From NCBI GenBank assembly GCA_002269645.1, contig NIVC01002524.1, positions 1-64,000 on the forward strand: 64,000 bases of DNA, in the 5' to 3' direction. The notes beneath the pieces were generated by a model. The model was not told the DNA's origin, ran no database searches, and saw nothing but the letters and a program-made list of their open reading frames with translations. A program made the translations under genes and the position numbers. Positions 21,417-34,672 of the stretch are shown here, one piece after another; position 1 is the stretch's first letter, and every line of letters begins with the position of its first letter. This stretch comes from Macrostomum lignano. Lineage: Eukaryota.

Positions 21417-23460
21417 AGGGGATGTCAACTTAAGCACCAGAATGGAGCCCGAAGTTCAGCTCCGGACCAAACCGACTGAAATCGATAACTTGTCGGCCCA
21501 GACGACTAGAATCGCCGAGACATCCCATCCGGCTCCCTTCCTTGGGGTCCCAGGGGATAAAGGGGATAAAATGGGGATCTCATGTCAACTTAAGGCTCTG
21601 GAATGGAGCCCGAAGTTCAGCTCCGGACCAAACCGACTGCAATCGATAACTTGTCGGCCCAGACGACTAGAATCGCCGAGACATCCCATCCGGCTCCCTT
21701 CCTTGGGGTCCCAGGGGATAAAGGGGATAAAATGGGGATCTCATGTCAACTTAAGCACCAGAATGGAGCCCGAAGTTAAGCTCCGGACCAAACCGACTGC
21801 AATCGATAACTTGTCGGCCCAGACGACTAGAATCGCCGAGACATCTCATCCCAGGCCCTGACTTGGGGTCCCAGGGGATAAAGGGGATAAAATGGGGATT
21901 TTGTGTCAACTTAAGGCTCTGGAATGGAGCCCGAAGTTCAGCTCCGGACCAAACCGACTGCAATCGATAACTTGTCGGCCCAGACGACTAGAATCGCCGA
22001 GACATCCCATCCAGCTTTAAGTGACGAAGCTCCATTCAATTCGAATCTCGCATTTGCGGGTGTATTTCATTTCAGCTATTGTATATTGTTTGTTAAGTAA
22101 TAAAAATGATTTGCTCGTATCGAAATAATGTTAAAAACGCCGATCTTAAAACTCACTTTGTAAAAATTAACAGGTAAATTAATTTGGTTATTAGTAAGCA
22201 GAATTTTTGGACGATAAACCGAAGCCATGTATATTGGTAAAATAAAGCATGTCATGCAAAGCAGCAAACGTTTTTAAGCAAATAAAGTCACGCCTCTTAC
22301 GCATAGCTCAGTAAAATCATAATTGCAAAAGTTTCTTAGTCCTAAAAATGTTTTTGGGTTTAAGTTCCTTGCTGCAGTAAAAATGCTGCGAATTTTTAGT
22401 TAATTGTGAGTCTGAAAGAAATTGAAAGAACTAATGCAAAGCTTTTGATATTTGATGACAGTCTGAATTATCTTTGAACACATGTAACCTATGGTACGTA
22501 AAGAATGTGTGAGATGACATTTTTCTTAATCTGCATGTCCCTTAAAATCTGCAATACAAAACGTACAGTACACTCGTTTAAAACAATTGTAGTTTAAAAG
22601 TGCAACGAGCACGATGCACTCAAGCTCACGTACGAAGGGGTTATAGTCTGACGTAACTTTCATGTCGTCAATTCTCGTCCACACACAGCTCAGTACGCTT
22701 GCTGTGAAATGTCCCGACTTCAGTCGGTTTCCATGGTGTGATATTGTGGCCACTGGCTTACCAAGTGTAGAAACACCCCTTACCTTGAGGAAAAGCTTAC
22801 AGGAGTTTGAAGAGTTAGGATGCCATCCATACTAGCACGGTCAAGATAAATCAGGGTAAACTTTCCAGGTGTTACTGCGATCTCTTGATTACAATCGCCA
22901 AGGCAATTGGCATCCGAACATTTCACTATACCTGAGGAGCGGCAAAAGCGCAGAATATTTTGTCTAAACTGACAATTCAGCGCTCAAACCGACAGAGAGG
23001 AATGCAAATCACTCTGTTTATTTTGATTGTGCCAACAGGAACTTCAGAACTTGTGCGCTGGCAATCCCGACAAGTTTGAATGAGTGAAAATTCTGTGAAA
23101 GTATCTGATAACAGAAATTCCAGATGTATTAGAAGCGTTTGAACAAATTCGTTGACGCAATGGCGCTGATTTTTTGAAATGAATCTGGATGTTGCAACCG
23201 AACTGCCGTTAACAGTGGAGTGACTGTTGCAGACCGCTGTTGCATCTCCGTCAGAAGACGAAAGCAGCTCTCGATGGACTTGGTTGACACAAAATCCCCA
23301 TTTTATCCCCTATATCCCCTGGGACCCCAAGTCAGGGCCTGGGATGAGATGTCTCGGCGATTCTAGTCGTCTGGAGCGACAAGTTATCGATTGCAGTCGT
23401 TTTGGTCCGGAGCTGAACTTCGGGCTCCATTCTGGTGCTTAAGTTGACATGAGATCCCCT
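21417..23460. mobile_element. PIF/Harbinger-like non-autonomous TIR element (~2.0 kb) with long TIRs and captured USP fragment
   Basis: Both ends begin AGGGGAT; perfect TAA duplication at 21414-21416 and 23461-23463. The ~160-bp unit is present 3.7x at the left (21417-22015) and 1x inverted at the right (23283-23460). Confidence 0.7.
22600..23282 (-). pseudogene. Decayed, intronless ubiquitin-specific protease (peptidase C19-like) fragment lacking the Cys box
   Basis: In order: KNQRHCVNEFVQTLL (QDxxEF box), TCRDC and KCSDANC (finger Cys pairs), SLDKIFCAFAAPQ, LIYLDR...TPVSF, ATISHHGNRLKSGHFTASV...WTRIDDMKV (His box with Asp). One stop and two frameshifts. Confidence 0.7.
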
Positions 23461-25464
23461 TAAAGGGGAGCACCCGACGAAATGGCAATAAACTTAACGA
23501 GGATTGGTTGGTTGTCTTACAGTTTTAATGATAACAACAAATCTAATAGTTATATCGAATTGATGGAATTTTGGACCAAAAAACGACTTAAAATTTCTGT
23601 AGCGGAGAACAATAATAAAACTAGAATAACGTTTGAAAGCCTGCATTGCCACCATCGTGCAGAACCCTCTTTCCCTGACACCCTATATGGCTGTGATATC
23701 GACTGACACCTTCCCTTGACACCCCATACGGCTGTGATATCTGACACCATTTTGGTATTTTAAATGCTAACAAGTACACTTTTTGTTTCTTTGCGTGCTC
23801 ATATGCTACGATTTTTTAAATTCCAGCGAAAATAAAAAGCGAGCACGATCATGCAACTCAGCTCAACTCTGTATTTAATTTAACATCCTCAATTTAATAC
23901 TTTTTCTTCCTTGTCGATTGTTGCAGGTATTAGCATGCTTAGCAACATATTTGTCCACTCGTCAAAAATGTAATTGAGACCTTTCCTTTTAAAGAAAGGA
24001 TAGTCCAACTAAAAACCAGAGAAAGTGGCCTTTCCACTGAAAATTAAGAGAAAAAGATGACAGAAGCAAGAGTGAGTTGGCAAAACTAAAGGGAGTAAAT
24101 ATCAACCAAGTCCAAGGCTCAAGGGCAGGTGGGCTAAAAGAAGAGTCATGTCTAGTCACAAGACTCACAACTCAAAGGAAATGTGGATGGGACTAATTAA
24201 ATATAAAAATACTAATAACAATAGTAATGAAAGTTCAGTAGAACTTATAATTATAATAGAATTTAATGACCATTGGCATATATACAAGTTATAATATAGC
24301 CTACTATAGTGGCTATACTAGTTATAAGATTTATTAATATACAGTACAGTTATAGTAGGCCTATGTTTATTTGGCAATGTCCTAATTTCCCACATTAAAT
24401 TTTAACCTAAAATTTGAAAGAAACAAATTAAAGCAAGTTTATTAAGATTTAAAACATGTCTTAGGTCTTAAAAGATAGGACAAGACCAGGTGTATCTATC
24501 ATTATAGTCAGCTCCACCCTGACATTAAAACTACATAGCTAGAGCTTCCTGACAGTGGCTGCAATTCTATGAGTTGGCTATTAGATGATTAGTTGCTTAT
24601 AGCCAATGCATAGTTAATTCAACTATTAACATCAACTGTTAATAGCACCAGATTGTGGTGACTGATCTCAAGGTCATAAAGGTCAGCCAATGGCCACAAA
24701 TTGGCAAGAGATACAATATTTACAGGCATGATTTATGCTGAAAATAATAAAAATTAGGTCAAAATAATTGAATACAAGAAACTAGGACATTCGGCCTACT
24801 ATTTATTTATATTATTATATATTACTTTATTTAACTAGGCTCGCCTAGACCAAATGCTAAGTGACATAAAGCTTGATAAAAATATTTTTTAAACTTGAAA
24901 CAATATTTATATTTTTATTGTGTCAAATTTACTTATAGGGTACTATCATATATACACAACCTCCTAATTTATACTGGCCATTTGACTTACTTTTTGACCA
25001 AAACTGTGACTTATCTATAAAAGAAATGTAAGCATAAATTAATATAATTTTGGATAAATAGTAAGTTTTATGGCTATATTAATAAGGCTAAATGTCTTTT
25101 CATCTAATAAGTACAATATCTATGTTTTTGGGTAGGCTTTTTTGTAATTTATCTTGGCTGGGCCCCTTGCTAGCTGGCTAGATTAGCTGTTTTAACCAGG
25201 TGTTGCATATGTATGCAGTAGGCCTAATACTATTAAAAGATATAAATAGTTTATAAATTCATTATCATTAATTTAACAACATTTTTATTGTTCAAGTTGT
25301 TATTTTTGTTTGTTGATTTTGTATTGTTTTAAGATAAAGATAAATATTTAAAGATTTAGACAATAAAAGATATTTCAATATAATGCTGAAGGACCTTTCT
25401 TGGAAGTAATATAGTTCTAGAAAACTGATTAATTATCTTAGACAATATCATTTGTTAAGGTTAA

Positions 25465-28400
25465 TGAGGGGTGATCAAAAAGTTCTGCAAGTGACCTCAT
25501 AACTCAGTGTTACAGCAGCCATGGCATCTAATCAGTTTCACATTCCCTCAAAGTACTTTCCACCACTATCTATGTACCATCGCAATGTGTATGCACCATG
25601 TCTAAAATCATGGTACTCTGAAGCTGAATGTACCACTTAGACCACAGATACTATAAACACTAGATGGGCCGCTCCAGCTAATTTTCACAACACGACAGTT
25701 TACTCTACTTTCTGCTTAGTAGTAGTAAAAACATTTTAGCGTTATTTATATTTTTTAAAAATAAAAAAAAACAGATGAATGCAATGCAGCAATTGTATTG
25801 ATTTTTTTGCAAAAAGAAACTTATAATTATACTTTCCACAATTCAAAGCAACATTGTGAATGCTTTAGATTGCATAGAAGGCTATATTATTGCAGTCAAC
25901 TATTGTATATTTAGCAAATACGAGCTATATCATATACTCCATAATCCATATTCGTGTAGCAAAATAGAAAGATTTCTCATCTTAATCAGCTCATCTGTTT
26001 GTGAAACTCGCAGCGTGCTGTTGAAGAACAGGGTCGCCAGTCGCCCTTGTTCAGAGGCAGCATTCAGAATGGCCCAACAGATGAAAAAAACTGGCGAATG
26101 CGCCACTTCAAGGTCCAGGGATGTATCCGATGGAGAGCCAATCCTCAGTGGTTTCGTAACAGGCAGCCGATAAGCAGCAGGACTTTTGTGGTGCAGCTGC
26201 AATGAGCTGCTGATGAGATGACATCCTTTGACCAGAGCACCCCTGACTGCGAGCGCCCTGCCGCCCAGTCGACCGCTGGAAGCTGCGCTAGCCACGCCTC
26301 CACAGTCCATGGATGCACGACTGCGCTGCACTTGCCTTGACCATCGAATGTTGCCGCTGCAGCCGCTTGATTTGCCTGTCGCTTTCGGGATTGCCGCTGC
26401 AGCCGCTTGATTTGCCTGTCGCTTTCGGGATTGCCGCTGCAGCCGCTTGATTCGCCTGTCACTTTCGGCCTCGGGATCGTTGCTGCAGCCGCTTGATCGT
26501 TGCCTCTAGCGCTTGGAACCCGCGAATCGGCTGCAGAGGTGAGAGCTTTCAGCCGCAACAGCTGTTCTCGGCGCAGAATCTGGTAGCCGAAGGTTGCTCT
26601 GCCACAGCACTGGCAGCAGGCAAGTCGCAGGCTCGGCTGCAGATAGATTGCTAATTGGCCCCAGCACTGGAGGGTACATGTCGTCTGCCTCTTCATCGTT
26701 TATCAGTCCTTTGCACAGAGGGTAGCTGGTCTATTTGAACGAGCCGAGGCAGCATCAACTCTTGGTGTGGGATTGCGTCCCAGTGAAAACAGATGTCTTG
26801 CACATCCGTGGCACTTTGTAAGGCAGCAGTAGGCCTCGTCCATAAAGTGCAAGCTGAACACACGGAGGCCCCGTGATTTAATTGTTTATAAAGGTCAATA
26901 TCCACGCTCCTGCAGTAGCTGCTGCCAGCGCTTCGCCAGTGTCATCTTTTGGTAATTTATGCATTCGCAACGGATTTTTCTTTCTCGGATGTTAATAGCA
27001 CTAGTACAAAGCTCGTGCAAGTGGGAGCACAGCAGTGGTTTGAATCAAAACATTTCTCGAGTACAAGATTGGATAGAAAAGCTAGTATGCACTCGAACTT
27101 TCTTTAACTCTGACTCTTGTCCTGTTCATCTATATAAGCTTGTATTTAAGCACGATTCGCCACCCCCAAATTTTCTAACCCACAACCTCTCAACCCCCAC
27201 CCCTAACCCAGGCTAGCTATGTGCAGTCCTTTATTTTCTATCCCACCACCAGTGGGCCTAAATTATCGATCCACTCACCCTGCCTTATACGAAACTGATA
27301 TTAACCCTATTCCAGACTACCCCCCTTCCTCCACTTTGAAAGATAGCGGCATTGCACACTGTCTGTCGCGTCTTAATGTACACCATTACTGCACAAAACA
27401 AGTTAGTTGTTTATGGCGTTAGCAAAACGATGTCTTAAAAACAGTCACTCGATTTGTCTAATTTAGCAAATAATACTGTTGCTTCCTTTCATTGCTACTA
27501 AGCAGAAAGTAGAATAAAAAACTTGCCCAGAAAATTAGCCTGAGTGGCCTATCTAGTGTTTATAGTATCTGTGACTTAGACAAGGTCTTGTATGTGTGAA
27601 AATGGCTTCCTAGAAATGACGGATTTGATCCTTGGGAATAGCCAAAAGTTGCATAGTGCTATGTCTGGAGAGTAAGGAATTTAGGGCAGCAGCCAGACCC
27701 CTTGCTGCTCCAGGTACGCCATGGTTGATACTGCTCTATGTAGTGCCATATTGTCATGGTGCAGCAGGAGTTGAGGTCCATGCCTGGTTTGTGCACATTC
27801 CTGCCACTCCTGTAGCATGCCTGGCAGAACTGTCTGTTTAGAACCTGACAGTCACTGTGACACCTGCTAGAAGGATATTCACCAATACAACACCCTGAGA
27901 GTTGAAAAAATGGTAAACATCCACTTTAAATTGCAGAATCTGGTCTTCAGCACCTTAGGCCTCGGGCTCATCTTCTGCAAGCCAGACCATGTTGGACTGC
28001 TTATCCTTCATGGTAAAAAAGGAGATCCAACATTTGTCTCCTGTGATGACATCTGACAGTCATTGTGGGCCATGGGGCTCAAACATTTGCACCCACAAGT
28101 GCACCCTCTTTGCTTGCTGCTCCAGAGTGAAAAGATGGGGCACCCACTGAGTGCAGGTCTTTGTGCGGCCCAGTTGCTCATGCATGATTTTATGAGCACT
28201 TCCATAGCTGACACCAAGCTCATAGGCAAGGAATCTTAGCGTAATGTTCCAATCCTGCATTGGCATGAGCCACAACATCTTCAGTCACGGATGTCTGGGG
28301 TCGGCCAGACCTTGGTTCATCGTTGAAGCTGTCCCAGCCTTCCAAGAAATAGTGTAGCCAGCGGGCAACCGTGTCAAATGATGGAGCAGAGTCAGCTAAA

Positions 28401-28684
28401 AATTCACCAGATTGGTATGAATCTCAATCACTTTGCAACCAAGTTACATGCACATAAAGATATAGAAGCAAAAACTGTCTTTTGATGTTTCCATTAGCTA
28501 CTGAAAACACATGGAAAATATAAGGCTATGAAATTTGACTAGAGCACATTTGGAAGCCAAAATGCATATAAATATAGCAAACAGATATAGCCGCATATGT
28601 GTAAATTTTTGGCTTTTGCCAATTCTACAAATGTATAACTAAAAGCTATAACAAAAGGTTGCAGAGCTTTTTGATCACCCCTTG
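25465..28684 (-). mobile_element. Degenerate mariner (D,D34D) transposon interrupted by a P-type element
   Basis: TIRs TGAGGGGTGATCAAAAAGTTCTGCAA (25465) and the reverse complement of CAAGGGGTGATCAAAAAGCTCTGCAA (ends 28684, followed by TA). Transposase remnants DEPRSGRP, WVPHLFT, ITGDKCWI, HHDNMALH, PYSPDIALCNFWLF (34-aa spacing). C-terminus GGKYFEGM* resumes left of the insertion (25538-25642). Confidence 0.9.
25643..27573 (-). mobile_element. Internally deleted P-superfamily (THAP-transposase) element nested in the mariner
   Basis: TIR CACAGATACTATAAACACTAGATRGGCC at both ends; perfect 8-bp TSD ACTTAGAC (25635-25642, 27574-27581). Frameshifted THAP (NHCCAPTC...MHKLPKD...KRW...VCS-HF) at ~27040-26800. 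SLQLHHKSPAAYRL and RLATLFF resemble P transposase. Internal 40-bp repeat at 26355-26500. Confidence 0.85.
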
Positions 28685-30880
28685 TATCCATTGAAAGAAT
28701 AAAGGATATTACCAAACATTTACTATTAAAGCCAAGATATATTTTAATTCAAATAGTCATCTTTAAGGCTTATACCTATCCTATCAAATAGTCAAATTAG
28801 TATTATTTAAATTCATCAAAAACCATTATTAAATTGAATAATGTACATGCTTTTGCTTTGTCACTCTATAATAATAATAAATCTTGCTAGCCTATCCTAT
28901 CCAATCTAGTACAATAGACAAATAGGTTTAGTCCATTCAATTAATGAATATATCCCAAGAGGAAAACAAAATATATAGCTTTCAACACTGAATAAATTAA
29001 TAGAGAGAAGCAGCAATGCATGCTAACACAAAGTCTAGAAAACTTTAAGCTGCAAAATTGTTCCCTTATTTATAAGTTATACATTTAGACTAGGCCTATA
29101 AAGCATTATTTATAGGGTTCTAAAATCTAATTATTTTCAAATCTGCATCTAATAAAAAATTAATATCTTAGTTGGGTGCTTATAATTAGCATTGAAATTA
29201 ATCAAATGATCATATATCAGAGTTGTTAATTCTATGCTCCTAGCCTTAGTGTAAAGTATATTTTCATTTTCCTATCTAGGGAATGCTCTGATCACTTCAA
29301 CAATAAAATTGATATTGTAATACTAATAGACAGCTTCAGAGACCTTAACTTTTAACTTGTAAACAAATTGACTAATTTATCAAATCTAAAACACAACTAT
29401 GAAACTAGAGTTCAAGTACTTTTAGAAGTTTCTTTTAGGCCTTTTTGCCAAAACATGAAATTTAAGATGGTTCACTGCTACCATTACTTTTAGCTAGTGT
29501 TATTACTAGAGTCCTTCTAATGCTACTAATAGTAGACAAATCGCGTGCTAACAAAAATTCTAGCCTAAGTTTTGTGAAAGATGCAGAAAAAATTGACAGG
29601 TAGGTGAGATTTTTTATATGAGCAGTAGTTTTCAGTTTTGGGCCTCTCGAACCTTGCACAACTGAGTAGGGTTGCATTACACTGCCGAGCCGCATTTAGA
29701 GTCTGTTTTATTGGATAATTTATGAATGGCACGTCTATAAAAATAGTAAATTTGGCAGCCGAGTTTGGCGCGCCGGCTCTGCGTGGCCAGGCTATTAAAA
29801 AGCAAGCTGATTGGGGAGGCGGGGGTTTGGAAAGGTGGGAGAATTTACGCCTTCTCTCATCCCCTATCCAGCGCAGCCCGCGATGCACTTGAAGCGAGAG
29901 AGAGAAAACTGCATTGTCCCACTTTCTCTCTCTTTCCCAATTCTCTTCTCACTCCTGCAGCCAGTGTATTGGAATTTGGTATGAGCTGCAACTCTTTCTC
30001 CCCGCCCCTGTTCCGGAAATAAACTGCCAAAACCTAGTCCCAGTGGTTATAAAACAGTTTTAACAATTGAGTTGCAGATGCAGTCTAGCAGAATTGCGAT
30101 GTGGATAGGCTATGTTGAAACTATGTGGGTAGCGGCCTGATATTGATTTTTACTTCAAATAGGCGTCAAAAATTATCCGCGCTTAAAATTATTAATGTCC
30201 CATTATGTCCTCCATCAGCAGCTGAAGCTGCTTATACATGATGTGCCATGCGGGCGTGACTACCTATTAAGGTGATTGGTTTCACGCGTCACTATCAAGG
30301 GTTTTCCTACTCATACGCATAGCGAAACCGTCTGCTTCCAGGTCGCTGAGGCCCAGGTGGCTGTCCTACGTTTTTCTCACTCTGGATTGTTGCGACCATT
30401 GACTGCCAACAGTTGCTAAAGAGCTATTGCTCCGGCCTATCTGCAGATGTAGAGCTCTGGGCTCGATGCGGATTTATTCTCTAAGTGCTTCTGGTTTCTG
30501 CTGCTGCTGCTGGGATAGCGGCTAGCTGCTGCTTCCGATGGCTATGGTGAGCCTGCTTGCGCACTGCTGAATAAACCTAACCAGATGTGAAAGTAATTGA
30601 GGAAGTGCGTTAGAAGGACAGAAGAGGATATTATTACAGAGAACAGAAACAGACGGGAAACTAAGTTCATTGTCATTACATTATTGAAGTAAAATTTTAT
30701 TATTAGATGCGCGTGCGAATTGAGTGGGTGTTATTGACTTATTTTATAAGCAGTGGAAATACAAAATGTGACTTTATAGTTCCACACAAAAGAAAACTTG
30801 TATTTCGAGGCACTTTCTATGATCTCAATGCTCTGTCGAAGAGCTCAAAGCTCTATCAAGGATCTCAAAGATCTGTTGAA

Positions 30881-31677
30881 GATCTCAAAGCTCTGTCGAC
30901 GATCTCAAAACTCTATGGAAGATCTCAAAGCTCTGTCGAAGATCTCAAAGCTCTGTCGAAGATCTCAAAGCTCTGTCGAAGATCTCAAAGCTCTGTCGAA
31001 GATCTCAAAGCTCTGTCGAAGATCTCAAAGCTCTGTCGAAGATCTCAAAGCTCTGTCGAAGATCTCAAAGCTCTGTCGAAGATCTCAAAGCTCTGTCGAA
31101 GATCTCAAAGCTCTGTCGAAGATCTCAAAGCTCTGTCGAAGATCTCAAAGCTCTGTCGAAGATCTCAAAGCTCTGTCGAAGATCTCAAAGCTCTGTCGAA
31201 GATCTCAAAGCTCTGTCGAAGATCTCAAAGCTCTGTCGAAGATCTCAAAGCTCTGTCGAAGATCTCAAAGCTCTGTCGAAGATCTCAAAGCTCTGTCGAA
31301 GATCTCAAAGCTCTGTCGAAGATCTCAAAGCTCTGTCGAAGATCTCAAAGCTCTGTCGAAGATCTCAAAGCTCTGTCGAAGATCTCAAAGCTCTGTCGAA
31401 GATCTCAAAGCTCTGTCGAAGATCTCAAAGCTCTGTCGAAGATCTCAAAGCTCTGTCGAAGATCTCAAAGCTCTGTCGAAGATCTCAAAGCTCTGTCGAA
31501 GATCTCAAAGCTCTGTCGAAGATCTCAAAGCTCTGTCGAAGATCTCAAAGCTCTGTCGAAGATCTCAAAGCTCTGTCGAAGATCTCAAAGCTCTGTCGAA
31601 GATCTCAAAGCTCTGTCGAAGATCTCAAAGCTCTGTCGAAGATCTCAAAGCTCTGTCGAAGATCTCAAAGCTCTGTC
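30881..31677 (+). repeat. 20-bp minisatellite (GATCTCAAAGCTCTGTCGAA), ~40 almost identical copies
   Basis: Essentially invariant units; degenerate precursors at 30820-30920. Explains ORFs 30707..31684 and 30798..31892. Confidence 0.98.
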
Positions 31678-33242
31678 TTCTTAGATCTAAAAAACTGCTC
31701 TATCAAAGGTCTCATTGCTCTGCGAAGTACCTTGATGATCCCAGCCAACAGCAATTGAATAGAAGATCAATGAGCTTCACTAAAAGCCAGATAGATACAA
31801 TGCTGGTACATGCACTCAATCATAAGCGGTGTCGAATGAAGGCGCGGCACATGATCAAGTATGTCGTTGCAGCGCATCGCCCTTGCTATTAGCTATTAGG
31901 TAAAGCCGTTGCATGGCGTTGAGAAGCCAGCACTGAGGCCGGGGCAACATCCAGTTTGGTAACTTTTTGCTTGCTGCCGATGCCTTAATAGCGGAAGCTT
32001 GGCAGCGTATGTTTGCTCGCATCGCTGCCGCGCACACGGATGCGGCTAAACACACATCAACACACTACTGGCGCATCAACGTGTTTGTGCTGATGCATTC
32101 CATTCATTGACGGCTAGTTTCATTATATGGGGAGGGGGGAGTGGCTGATGCGGCAGGACTTTTCGCAAATTCATTGGCATTAGCCCACAGGCCACATAGC
32201 AGCCGGAACTTGAAACACGGGCGCGTCGTGTCGCCCGTCCTTTGAAATTTGTGGGGCATTTAGCTTTGAGGGAGACTGGAATGCCCCCTCCCCGCAAGCA
32301 ATCGCTTATTGTATGTGTGCACACGGAGAGAGAAGGGCTGTCCTTACCGCGAAATCGCTAATGGGATATGGTGATGAGGCTGACAGGTAAATACTACACT
32401 GTACTTGCTGACATTCAGCTGCCAACTCTCTCTCCACCTGTCTCTACTATCGTTTTACTGTCCTTGTATTCGCAGTTGCTAATGCAAATTGCTATAGGTC
32501 GGAAATCGCACAGTCCCAGGGCAACAATCTATTTTGATTTCCAATCAGTTTTTTCGTTTGTTTTCTTTTTAATAGAAAAATCGACTAAATTTAAGTCCCT
32601 CTTCAGTGTCTGAGGCTGTAGACGGGTGCCCCTCCTGCCTCTCCTGCCCAGCTGGTAATTTGCCGGCACAATGCTACTCGCTGCTGGAAACCTCTGCCTC
32701 GCTATTGGTTGGCTGTCCTAGTGGAATTGTTGTGGGGAGAAGTATTTGGGGGGAGGGAGGGAGGAGTGACAGTAAAGGCTGTAGCAAAAGAATCCAAGCT
32801 TATGCGGCTCGCAGTCTGACTGAACAAATTTGCCTTGTTGTGTAACTTCCAATCCATTGGCCCTTGTTCTGATTTATTCCCTATTTAATTCATTGGACTT
32901 ACCAATGAAATTTGACGCATCGAGCGAGCCAGTGAAATTTCAAACGGTCTGGTCAATCATTGTTTGATTAATTGGCAACATCAATTTTAACAGGTTCAGA
33001 GACTATTTTACCTACTCCTGCATCCTGCCCGAGTTTGGGGTAAGACAGCTGGATAATGCGAGGCAATTAATCAAAATATTGATGTAAATTGCATAATTAC
33101 GAATATTGATCTTTGCAAATATTCGTTAATCTGCTGGTTCTTGTTGCCGTGTTTCTCAGGGGTGAATTGGTCATTGGTTCACTATCTACTCAAATTAGTG
33201 TCTATTTGAGCGTATCTTTTATCTCAATGTCCACTCCATTCT

Positions 33243-34672
33243 ATTGTCTAGGATGTCCCTTGGTTTACTGTCCACTCCGTCATATTGTCTAGAATGTCCC
33301 TTGGTTTACTGTCCACTCCGTCATATTGTCTAGGATGTCCCTTGGTTTATTGTCCACTCCGTCATATTGTCTAGGATGTCCCTTGGTTTACTGTCCACTC
33401 CGTCATATTGTCTAGGATGTCCCTTGGTTTACTGTCCACTCCGTCGGATTGTCTAGGATGTCCCTTGGTTTACTGTCCACTCCGTCATATTGTCTAGGAT
33501 GTCCCTTGGTTTACTGTCCACTCCGTCGGATTGTCTAGGATGTCCCTTGGTTTACTGTCCACTCCGTCGGATTGTCTAGGATGTCCCTTGGTTTACTGTC
33601 CACTCCGTCATATTGTCTAGGATGTCCCTTGGTTTACTGTCCACTCCATCGGATTGTCTAGGATGTCCCTTGGTTCACTGTCCACTCCGGATTGTCTAGG
33701 ATGTCCCTTGGTTTACTGTCCACTCCGGATTGTCTAGGATGTCCCTTGGTTCACTGTCCACTCCGGATTGTCTAGGATGTCCCTTGGTTCACTGTCCACT
33801 CCGTCGGATTGTCTAGGATGTCCCTTGGTTTACTGTCCACTCCGGATTGTTTATGATGTCTCTTGGTTCACTGTCCACTCCGTCATATTGTCTAGGATGT
33901 CCCTTGGTTTACTGTCCACTCCGGATTGTCTAGGATGTCCCTTGGTTTACTGTCCACTCCGTCGGATTGTCTAGGATGTCCCTTGGTTTACTGTCCACTC
34001 CGTCATATTGTCTAGGATGTCCCTTGGTTTACTGTCCACTCCGTCGGATTGTCTAGGATGTCCCTTGGTTCACTGTCCACTCCGTCGGATTGTCTAGGAT
34101 GTCCCTTGGTTTACTGTCCACTCCGGATTGTTTATGGTGTCTCTTGGTTCACTGTCCACTCCGTCATATTGTCTAGGATGTCCCTTGGTTTACTGTCCAC
34201 TCCGGATTGTCTAGGATGTCCCTTGGTTCACTGTCCACTCCACCGGATTGTCTAGGATGTCCCTTGGTTTACTGTCCACTCCGGATTGTCTAGGATGTCC
34301 CTTGGTTCACTGTCCACTCCACCGGATTGTCTAGGATGTCCCTTGGTTTACTGTCCACTCCGGATTGTCTAGGATGTCCCTTGGTTTACTGTCCACTCCG
34401 GATTGTCTATGATGTCCCTTGGTTTACTGTCCGATCCATCTGATTGTCTAGGATGTCCCTTGGTTCACTGTCCGATCCATCTGGTTGTCTAGGATGTCCC
34501 ATGGTTCACTGTCCGATCCATCTGGTTGTCTAGGATGTCCCATGGTTCACTGTCCGATCCATCTGGTTGTCTAGGATGTCCCATGGTTCACTGTCCGATC
34601 CATCTGGTTGTCTAGGATGTCCCATGGTTCACTTTCCGATCCATCTGGTTGTCTAGGATGTCCCATGGTTCA
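33243..34672 (+). repeat. 34-38 bp minisatellite (ATTGTCTAGGATGTCCCTTGGTTTACTGTCCACTCCG[TCAT/TCGG])
   Basis: Direct tandem copies; a variant subtype (GATCCATCTGGTTG...CCATGG) occupies the right end. Confidence 0.97.

Noticed and set aside
23464-23520. A second AGGGGAG element start after TTAA (Kolobok/Harbinger-like)
   Set aside because: No matching right terminus found downstream in the window.
29462-29695. SFTKLRL segment resembling the hAT dimerisation domain
   Set aside because: Similarity too short, with no other hAT motifs or termini.
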